A stretch of DNA of 63,874 bases, filler included, from Stramenopiles sp. TOSAG23-2 (lineage: Eukaryota): the NCBI GenBank assembly GCA_900128395.1. It is 7 parts of 7 records of this genome, joined end to end, with 100 filler letters (N's around TTAATTAATTAA, not from the genome) between each part and the next. Parts side by side here need not be neighbours in the genome. Positions count along the whole stretch, not along the records: positions 27,490 to 36,529 come from LT650131.1; positions 36,630 to 45,662 come from LT650132.1; 5 more parts are not named here. The stretch is one strand, 5' to 3'. Positions within the stretch are counted from its first letter, which is position 1. Each line of letters opens with the position of its first letter. Below are positions 33,801 through 41,040 of the stretch, piece after piece. A program made the translations under genes and the position numbers. Under the pieces are notes generated by a model that was not told the DNA's origin, searched no databases, and was given only the letters and a program-made list of their open reading frames with translations.

Positions 33801-34291
33801 TCTAGCTCTTCTACTTCTCCCGCTGCTTCTGATGGGTTTTCTTTCTCTTTCATCAAATGTTCTTTAGCATCCTTCACTTTATTTGCATCGTAGTCGACAG
33901 CTTCATTTCTATATTTGCCGGAGTCGGAGTGATAGAAACGGCTTACTTTTTGAAACCTATCCTTTACATCGTCTTTACTCAATTTAGAGAAATCATCTGG
34001 TACTTTGGTGTTTTCATTATTTGCAAGTTCGCAATTTATCATATCTGGAGCCCACAGCGTTTGAAGTGCTTCATCTATAACATTCGCTGTCGTCACCCTT
34101 CTCGTAAATATATTTGAGCAAAATGCACCCAGGATCCTTGCAATAATCCATAAAATTAAGAATATAAATGCGCAGATTAAATATATCTCATGCAAGCAGT
34201 TCCATAGGTATATTAATATAAGTATGACAGCTAATATTTGTTCAAGCCGGGCAAGTTTTACATCCACTTGATTAATCACCTCTTTACACAT
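30818..34291 (-). CDS. Multi-TM / J-domain-like / ankyrin / ClpB(Skd3)-type AAA+ ATPase fusion protein
   Basis: J-like DVKDRFQKVSRFYHSDSG. Ankyrin motifs GDTPLFYA, LFKHGANPN, LLSQGANP. Walker A GMPGSGKS, Walker B AIIDEFEK, DMLEEG, sensor-1-like IFVFCGN. First ATG is 34291 (the track's 34390 is TTG). Confidence 0.8.
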   Translation of the reverse strand: MCKEVINQVDVKLARLEQILAVILILIYLWNCLHEIYLICAFIFLILWIIARILGAFCSNIFTRRVTTANVIDEALQTLWAPDMINCELANNENTKVPDDFSKLSKDDVKDRFQKVSRFYHSDSGKYRNEAVDYDANKVKDAKEHLMKEKENPSEAAGEVEELEDTPIVKKIKARFVVHATLMGLSCFSSTIYVIIWYMNYFENGAYAFLLWAALFAIELSFHEVNWTMCRNVAVGMVPSLVLVWPVGIWNDPSRFLLLPLIILPVLVLLLLAVYKCLKCVSKDALSGTTFAKATLHTIWDFLFPFKPPEIVEEAVTGVRSRSRNRRNDADYRLTDRANLDDTREGQKNDTGTDSVPKKKRKFPQSFTCYLIRECFKLGVINILKAIILSFLVSFLLYYCFKVVTYIEKHKPHMYYFKNYHIDHSEEYAQRAFQGFATILLIFLTLNYSTILNYSLCKRCKSLMFKKENKKITTGEVKPKKQKSFKTKNNNNEEKSGRESDDELKDGSDDHYINSDGTYAEGIGDSEAREESDREESGGINNNDSNNEIAKFYKKNGRENKSVFQSLYNMCKHIENTNKRSRIKEGLYDGHSVWGKFIEVLQKVDAIDKQCSQNDKLINLALLSKRKDKKDQLGDTPLFYAIRQNPIVIRGGEGIYRHVTLIDELFKHGANPNLCNVTYKVPPLLYALLMGRKTDALLEMLPTDLKEVVIEKFPTYVETEIFKYLLSQGANPRITFHGINIQEYVHASGNLEAMYFLKRALQLPKINLRRKQKNETLGLQLLPSLQYVTVGHSIAATKIARRVIAKFQSWHDEEMKGQAADKNPLIIILTGMPGSGKSNMARQLGHALSSGDPTRTFNIQFKTSTTKDDIWGVGAKWCGGNSQGSKFVQFLTKCNSGNKHWKDKVNVAIIDEFEKAMISDRGANDRQSKPMRDILSQFYDMLEEGMLSNVAAQGQAIQVSIRYTIFVFCGNFGQHDILKECKGDDFLSDSRKKNKKAFESMKKTLKKNLSMEFTRMNNDAFTSRFVKPSCLCPYGKFIEKEVAAIIDTILRKYNDECKKNISFHRSVVEYGKSEYAKSPSSGYRVFKQFRNKLKIAINEYVEELEDEEMVQNEDDVIHVWYSTEEEELKANLKLPDDRAENYNTTESKETDEEPDDL

Positions 34292-34973
34292 TATTTCAAT
34301 TGCAAGTGATAAGTGATAAGTACAATATCTTTTTAGAAATATAGTCCAGAAAAACGACCGGTATAATCTATAAAGTATAAATGTATACAATTATTTAGTA
34401 ATTTCGTATTTTGATTTAGGCTGTTGCTTAGCCTTTAGACAGATGTTAGTGATTAGCACATATATTTATAGTATTATAATAATACAATGTATTTAATTTA
34501 GTTTTAGATATTAATATGATGCACATATTAATATAATAAAAAAAAATTGCCGTACGGCGAGAGCCCTGCATTAGGTCTGGATTGGGGGTTGTGGCACAGC
34601 GATGGAATTCGTTGGAGTTAAGGAGGGTTTTGGCAGTTTGATATCAATTGCTTAATATCATAGGGGATATTGGTTTTCTGATTGTAGTCGAGGCGTAGTG
34701 TAATATCGTATGCGTTGTTGTACAGTATTAAGTATAGTACTACTGTACTATCCATTCATATATAGTGTGTGATAGTGTTGTGCTGTATCGATGTATACGA
34801 TATTGTGTATTGGCTGTCGCAAACGTTATTTTAATCGTAAATTAAAATATAAATGTAGGCCAGTAGGGCAAGTGGGAAAAATAAAAAAAAAAATAATACA
34901 TCAGCGCAATGCATCGGTTCTATATATACAAGTGTGTACAATCTCATTTTATATATTTCTCTTAGTGAAACAG

Positions 34974-35225
34974 TCATTTTGTATTTAATTTTTTGTTGCA
35001 TGTATTTATATTCTCAAGTGTTTTATTTAAGCAAGGCAGTGGTTTGCCCTGATCAACTTGCACAGAATATGCTAAATTATAATAGTTTAAAGCATTGTTG
35101 TAGTCTTCCTCGACTTTGTATGCTTCAGCAATTTTGATGTAAGAGGTTGAAAGTGTTGGGTTCTTGCTGCCCAGTAGCGTTTTCTTTAAGTCTGTTAACG
35201 CAATGCGAGTCTTGATGGCCCGCAT
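34974..35225 (-). pseudogene. Degenerate TPR gene fragment
   Basis: LLGSKNPTLSTSYIKIAEAYKVEEDYNNALNYYNLAY resembles kinesin-light-chain-type TPR (LG..HP..A.SY.NIG..Y...GDY..AL.YY). Confidence 0.5.
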
Positions 35226-35354
35226 CTTTTCACCAGTCTTTTCATATAAGATTACTAAAATCTATGGGTATAGTACTATTGCTAAAATCATATGGCAGCA
35301 TGATACAGCATGCCTTATTAGGGCATGGCAACTATCTCTAGTGTTGCCCTGCCC

Positions 35355-35735
35355 GGCCTGCTATGTTCATATGCGGCAGGACGAAAAGGCCCCTGCTATG
35401 TTGATATAACAGGAAACGGATTTAGGCCCTGCTGTATTCATATGAAACAGGCGACGGATGTAGCCCCTGCTGTGTTCATAACGAAAGAGACGAAAAGGAC
35501 CTGCTGTGTTCATATTAAAAAAACGAAAAGGCCCCTGCTGTGTTCATATAACAGGAACGGATTTAGCCCCTGCTGTGTTGGTATGCAAAAGTGAAAAAAG
35601 CCCCTGCTGTGTTCATATTAAAAAAACGAAAAGGCCCCTGCTGTGTTCATATAACAGGAACGGATTTAGCCCCTGCTGTGTCGGTATGCAAAAGTGAAAA
35701 AAGCCCCTGCTGTGTTCATATTAAAAAAAAGGAAA
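35355..35735 (+). repeat. 11-unit array: ~19-bp conserved GCCCCTGCTGTGTTCATAT plus 14-19-bp A-rich spacers; 103-bp higher-order repeat
   Basis: Units start at ~35355, 35388, 35425, 35463, 35497, 35530, 35566, 35600, 35633, 35669 and 35703. Confidence 0.92.
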
Positions 35736-36264
35736 AGCATAAAATACTTAGTACTGTGCTTATGCTAATATTAAGGTGAAATGTAATAAAAATAACAGAC
35801 TCCCAATTAGAGTACCCCAATACCACCCCCTTAGTACTACTTACAACTTAACTATACTACTCTTTCGTACTACAACTAAAAATAATAATTTAAATTCCTT
35901 ATTTACTTTTTTTAACGACTTTTATGCTCTTTTTCTCTTCCTCTCTGGACAGCCCCAATGCACTCTAATGCAGGGGATATATAATAATACATTCAGGTAA
36001 TGTGCTAATATTAATATTATTATTAATACCAGGTATTTATATTATATAATTCCCTGCCCTGAAGTGTGTGGGTGTCAATAATGTATCTTGGTTTCTATAT
36101 GTTGTTTTTAATATTATAAGGATCTATTTATGTGTAATCTTGTAGTATAATATCTTATAGTGTTTATAGTGTAAAAGTATCTATTAATGTAGTTAAATTT
36201 CACTTAGCAGCTGAGTGTTGAGTGTGTACACTTCAAAGGGTGTGGCAAGATTATAGCGAAGTGC

Positions 36265-36453
36265 GAAAGGCATTTCATCCTTAAACCATTGCCATCTCAT
36301 AGGATAATTCCAACATCCTATACTAAGACATATAACTACTACTCTCTCAGTATCACCATGAAATCCTATTCCTGTCTTTTTAAGGTCATAATATCTATTT
36401 CCTTCAACTACATTAATTAATACTTTAGTTTTACTATCTATAGCTATCAAACC
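36265..36453 (-). pseudogene. Fragment of a giant-virus-like 2OG-Fe(II)/AlkB-fold gene
   Basis: INVVEGNRYYDLKKTGIGFHGDTERVVVICLSIG..YPMRWQWFKD, with an HxD motif. I recall this motif from NCLDV proteins but have not verified it. No ATG start and no full-length ORF. Confidence 0.6.
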
Positions 36454-36474
36454 AACGTCAAATGTAACGCGGAG

Positions 36475-36529
36475 AGGCCGTACACACCAGGGGTTATTCT
36501 TCCGTTTTTAGGCCGTACACACCAGGGGT
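36475..36529 (-). repeat. Start of a second, inverted 35-bp-period array, cut by the contig end
   Basis: AGGCCGTACACACCAGGGGT at 36475 and 36510. Its reverse complement CCCCTGGTGTGT resembles the array unit CCCCTGCTGTGT. Confidence 0.75.
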
Positions 36530-36629
36530 NNNNNNNNNNNNNNNNNNNNNNNNNNNNNNNNNNNNNNNNNNNNTTAATTAATTAANNNNNNNNNNNNNNN
36601 NNNNNNNNNNNNNNNNNNNNNNNNNNNNN
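36530..36629. other. Artificial contig linker
   Basis: N-run + TTAATTAATTAA + N-run. Confidence 0.98.
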
Positions 36630-36631
36630 TT

Positions 36632-36838
36632 AATGATTTAAGATATACGATTAATAGTACAAAATTGAAAGAGTTAGGGTGGAAAGAAGGTATTTCTTGG
36701 ATGGATGGATTGACCGAGACTATTGATTGGTATAAAATCAATAGTGGAAATTGGGGAGATATTTCAAATTGTTTAGTTGCCCATCCTCGGTTAGGTTCGC
36801 CAACTGTAAAAAGTTTTAATAACAACGCAGATTTTTGA
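36632..36838 (+). CDS. RHM: C-terminus of a UDP/dTDP-glucose 4,6-dehydratase (rhamnose biosynthesis), 5'-partial; not in the ORF track
   Basis: Translated by hand: NDLRYTINSTKLKELGWKEGISWMDGLTETIDWYKINSGNWGDISNCLVAHPRLG...*. This matches the eukaryotic RHM/RmlB dehydratase C-terminus (ND.RY..D..KL..LGW...W.EGL..T..WY...WGD....L.PHPR). Confidence 0.8.
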   Translation, partial: NDLRYTINSTKLKELGWKEGISWMDGLTETIDWYKINSGNWGDISNCLVAHPRLGSPTVKSFNNNADF

Positions 36839-37025
36839 AAGGGGCGGGGGGGTGATTTTGGTGCGGTGTGGTGTTTATTGGATTTAAAATTTTCTCTCTC
36901 GAGGTGAAAATGTGTTTTTATGAAATTTTGTGCGCGTGTAGTATATAAAATAAACTTAAGATTTTTAAAACCACACACGCCATAATACGTATATATACTT
37001 CGTAGTTACGAATTTAATACAAATT

Positions 37026-40000
37026 TTACTCCAACTGACCACCATCAAAACTTCCTCTTGTTTTCCTATTTTCAATATCACGTTTGTATTGTGCACATAA
37101 TTGCAAGATCCGTGATCTCCATTCACCATCTAAATTCAATACCTTTGCTTGACGTTCTACATTATCTAATTTAGAATATAGAGATGGCATTAATGATTCA
37201 TTTCCATTGATAACTTGCGGTTTAATATCTTCTAATAAAGATAAGATTTCATTCAACGCAAATGCTGTACTTTGCCTTTTTTTATCAACATTCATCCAAA
37301 TCTGTAACAATTCAGTGATGTTTGATACTTGCTGTTTCAATTCTGCAACTTTATCATGTGTAAATGGATAATTAGTTGAATGCACTAATTGTGTAATAGA
37401 ACTTATAATATGTAAATTATTTCGTACGGTTGTTCTCAGGTTATCTTCCGTTAATTGCAATAAATTTTCGTTGTAAAACAATGTTCGTGGTGATTTCTCC
37501 CAACGATGCATGATACGTATCAATTGATCATTCAATGCATCCCATTTTTCCCCAATCATTTCTTTGATTTTCTTTTTTAAAGATGAACGAAATGTTTCCA
37601 TTGCTTTTTGTAACAATGTAATATGATTTTGACCTTGCATATGCGATGAACCATCCAATCTACTTAAACTTTCCGGGAAACCGAGTTTGACATCTTCCGA
37701 TAGTAATTTAATATATAACATATAAGCTTGTACCATCACATTCACACGTCGTCGTTCCACACTATTAGATATGCCTAATGTCGATACCAACGCTTGTGTT
37801 AAATCAATCACTTTGTCTTCACCAACACCTTTTGCAGAACTTTCATACCATACCGTTTGCCAATCTGGATTAATGATTGGTGGTACAGGAGGCATATCTT
37901 GCACAGTTTCCTCCCGCTCGCTAATTTTAATATTTTTCGGTCTCCAAGATGCATACATAATAATATTGCGTAATAATGCATATAAACGAAACAATAAGCA
38001 AAGTGTTCGGTAAAATGGAAAAATAATCAACGTTCGTTTTGTCGCTTGTAAATCTGGTCGATGGCGTAAAACTACGTAATTAAAAATGATCAATTCAAAA
38101 TACAATATGGCATAGAAGACTACAAAGCACATGAATAACGAGAAAATATCATATACTGCTAAGCCAACGACTAAATATAAACGCATCCAATCCAACATAA
38201 TATTTACTACTTCTTGTGCCATGAATGGTTTTAAAATCCATGTTTTATTATTCACTACCCAGCCAGATAGAAATTCACGAACAAATGTCATAAATTTACG
38301 CTGCGCACATAAATCCCAACTAGTAACACGTTGTCGAAATAAAATCAATAATCGTTCTGGTGCAAATGTAGGTACAACTGCTGATGCACTTACTGCTATG
38401 ACGTAATTTTTTTGAATTCGGTGTAACAATAGACCCATATATAAATCTTCCCCATGGAAAACAGTATCATGATCCCATAAAATTTTACTACCGAGAACAT
38501 CTCTACGCCATAATGCAATAGCACCATGACAACATGCGGTAGTACCACCTAAATATTGAAATTGTTTAACAAACCCAGCCATTTTATATTCTAAATCTTG
38601 ACAATTTACTAATTGATTATCATACCCTGTTTCCGTAGCTGCTTCAATCACATATGCAACTGCTTTTATATCTGGATAACGATTCAATGTATTATTAGGA
38701 ATATGTAAATCTGGTGGCAATGGGACATCATCATCAATCATCATTGCATATAAAAAATCCGGCGATTCCCCACGCCGTACTAATTCAGGGATCCAATATT
38801 CCGTTGCCCAATACATTGCATGGCTTTTATTTCCTTCTGGGACATATAAATAATTTATTTTTGATCTACCAGTAGGATCATGCTTTAAACTGACTTCTAA
38901 ACATACATCTTCCGTACGATCAATTGGGTGTCGAATTGGTGCATTATCACATACGAATATAGCATTTGGTGGAAATACAACTAAAGCGCTTTGCAAGGTA
39001 CGAGTAAATGTTGCTCTTCGTTCCTCCGTAATAGTAGATTTATGACATGCAATTAATAAGCATGTATCTTGTACTAATCCACCATGTTCATCATCTAATA
39101 AATTAACAATACCAGTTGGGTCTTTAAAAAATTCACGTGGTTTAATCGTAAGCGTAGCATCTTTTTTCGATACCCCAACTTGGTCATAATATTTTGGATT
39201 TGCTCTTCCACGAATTAAAGCTGGTTTTGGCCATTGTACAGTTGCCGCAGCGCAAAAAAATAACCCAGCTTCCAAGATAACAACTAATAAAATTAACCAA
39301 TTATATAAACCAGTTTGTGTTTTGGTTAATAATTTCGCAAAATCAAGTAAAAGATCTTCATAAAATTTCAATTTCCCCCAATCTTCACTTGTATAATAAT
39401 TTTTAGGGGAGACAGTTAATACCCACCAAAAATTGAATGTTCCAATTAGAAAAAACAATGCATAAAATGAATATGCACGTCTTGATAATCCATATTTTGA
39501 ACGTTTTGATTGTAATTTTTTACGTTCTTGCCAACCTTTCAATGCTTGGTTCCATTCTGGGGAATGATGTATATTTTTCCTTCGATCTTCCCCAATTTCA
39601 ATACCTTTTGCACGTTCTTTCCTATCCATTACTTTTTGTTGCCGATCCCCTTCTTTTAATTCAGCACCAATTTCAAGATCAAAACTTTTAATTAACCATT
39701 CACCAATAAACCAATATAACCATAAAAAAGTATTACAGCCTAGCATAACTTTGAAAAATAAATATGATAAAGGTGAACAACGCTTGTAACAAAATGGATG
39801 TCCAGTCCCATTTAACATTTCAAAATTATCACGACCACATGAGAAAAAATACAGCAAGGGGCCTGGAATATTCCATAAACCAAAAAATCCATTGCAAAAA
39901 ATACTTAATGCGATAATTTGACAAATGTATAACGATGAACCAAGTAATAAAGTACGACGACAGACAAAATACATAAATGATGGTGTTTTTTTCTTTTTTA

Positions 40001-40139
40001 CTACTGGTTCTTTTTTTACTTGTTGTTGTGCTCGCGGTGGTGGTGGCTGTTGTTGTTGTGGTGGTGGAACCAAACGTCGTTGTGGTTCAGGTGGGATAAA
40101 ATTATCGTTATTTAATAGATTTACTTTTGTTTCCTCCAT
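37026..40139 (-). CDS. Membrane-embedded processive GT2 glycosyltransferase (hyaluronan/chitin-synthase-like architecture)
   Basis: N-terminal TMs; LLIACH, IFVCDN, GNKSHA, MIDDDV (DxD), QDLEY, HGAIALWRR, GEDL, FRQRVTSW (QxxRW variant); C-terminal TMs. Confidence 0.82.
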   Translation of the reverse strand: MEETKVNLLNNDNFIPPEPQRRLVPPPQQQQPPPPRAQQQVKKEPVVKKKKTPSFMYFVCRRTLLLGSSLYICQIIALSIFCNGFFGLWNIPGPLLYFFSCGRDNFEMLNGTGHPFCYKRCSPLSYLFFKVMLGCNTFLWLYWFIGEWLIKSFDLEIGAELKEGDRQQKVMDRKERAKGIEIGEDRRKNIHHSPEWNQALKGWQERKKLQSKRSKYGLSRRAYSFYALFFLIGTFNFWWVLTVSPKNYYTSEDWGKLKFYEDLLLDFAKLLTKTQTGLYNWLILLVVILEAGLFFCAAATVQWPKPALIRGRANPKYYDQVGVSKKDATLTIKPREFFKDPTGIVNLLDDEHGGLVQDTCLLIACHKSTITEERRATFTRTLQSALVVFPPNAIFVCDNAPIRHPIDRTEDVCLEVSLKHDPTGRSKINYLYVPEGNKSHAMYWATEYWIPELVRRGESPDFLYAMMIDDDVPLPPDLHIPNNTLNRYPDIKAVAYVIEAATETGYDNQLVNCQDLEYKMAGFVKQFQYLGGTTACCHGAIALWRRDVLGSKILWDHDTVFHGEDLYMGLLLHRIQKNYVIAVSASAVVPTFAPERLLILFRQRVTSWDLCAQRKFMTFVREFLSGWVVNNKTWILKPFMAQEVVNIMLDWMRLYLVVGLAVYDIFSLFMCFVVFYAILYFELIIFNYVVLRHRPDLQATKRTLIIFPFYRTLCLLFRLYALLRNIIMYASWRPKNIKISEREETVQDMPPVPPIINPDWQTVWYESSAKGVGEDKVIDLTQALVSTLGISNSVERRRVNVMVQAYMLYIKLLSEDVKLGFPESLSRLDGSSHMQGQNHITLLQKAMETFRSSLKKKIKEMIGEKWDALNDQLIRIMHRWEKSPRTLFYNENLLQLTEDNLRTTVRNNLHIISSITQLVHSTNYPFTHDKVAELKQQVSNITELLQIWMNVDKKRQSTAFALNEILSLLEDIKPQVINGNESLMPSLYSKLDNVERQAKVLNLDGEWRSRILQLCAQYKRDIENRKTRGSFDGGQLE

Positions 40140-41040
40140 AGTGTGTGTATATGTATGTGCTTCTTTTTTTTATATTCTTACTATATATATCAAATTTGTA
40201 TTACTTTATCACTTCTGCACTATCTAATTATGCACTTATATAAGCAATATATATAGACTTTACACAATCAATGTTTTCTTACACAATAGTGATGTATTTC
40301 ATATATATATACATATATAACCAAATATATAAAGAAACGTTCTTGCTTTTTTCGACTTTCCTAATTTCAAACTGCTGATACTACTAGAAATAGATATTTA
40401 TTGTTTATTCATTTATTGCAAGTGGGTGAATTTGTGCTGAATTTGATGATTAAGATTTTTAGGCACTTCTTTGATCTCAGCTGGATGTGGATTTCCATCA
40501 GGATTTTTTTCCTTGGCTTGACAACTACATTGGAGATGAAATCGATATTATTATCGGATATTTTCTACTCTCGTATCCCAATATAATAACATATGAATAC
40601 TGTGTCTATAATATTGTTATTCAATTATTTCACTCGTTTTTGGTCAAATCGGGCGAGAATAAAAGATAATGAGATAGGAAAAAAGGGCACACTTTCTTCC
40701 TACTCCGTAAAATAATAATATCTTTTTTTTGGAGATATATATAGATAATAAATGATGCATTGTGGATAGAGATAGATAGATACCATCACTTTCTTCTTCA
40801 AAATCAAATACCATTTATTTAAGACAGTAGAATATATTGTTTACATAAAAAGAGAGACAAGATATAAATACAAACGATAAGCGATATATATATATATATA
40901 AAATTACAGAGGGAATACAAGAAAAGAAAATTATTTTCACATTATTCAAATTATTATTAGCCACTTTTTTTTTTATTCATTTTTTCTCGGAATATTGTGA
41001 AATATAAGAGCAAACCATTTATATAAACTTACAAACAAAT

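Larger units (their letters stand above)
34564..35975. mobile_element. Putative non-autonomous CACTA/CMC-like element with imperfect TIRs, a repeat array and a TPR fragment
   Basis: CCCTGCATTAG at 34564 and its reverse complement CTAATGCAGGG at 35965-35975, with similarity extending imperfectly ~30 bp. Flanks are GAG/GAT. CCCTG fits the CMCWR terminal consensus. Confidence 0.45.

Noticed and set aside
35355-35735. Bona fide CRISPR array
   Set aside because: Spacers are only 14-19 bp, related to each other and re-used. No cas genes; eukaryotic context. Kept as a repeat array.
35325-35779. Cys-rich ORFs (PCCVHI repeats)
   Set aside because: Translations of the non-coding repeat array; unit lengths are not consistently multiples of three.
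40330-40670. Slightly GC-richer patch with 60-aa ORFs between the GT2 and kinase genes
   Set aside because: Non-ATG starts and no motif; cannot be called.
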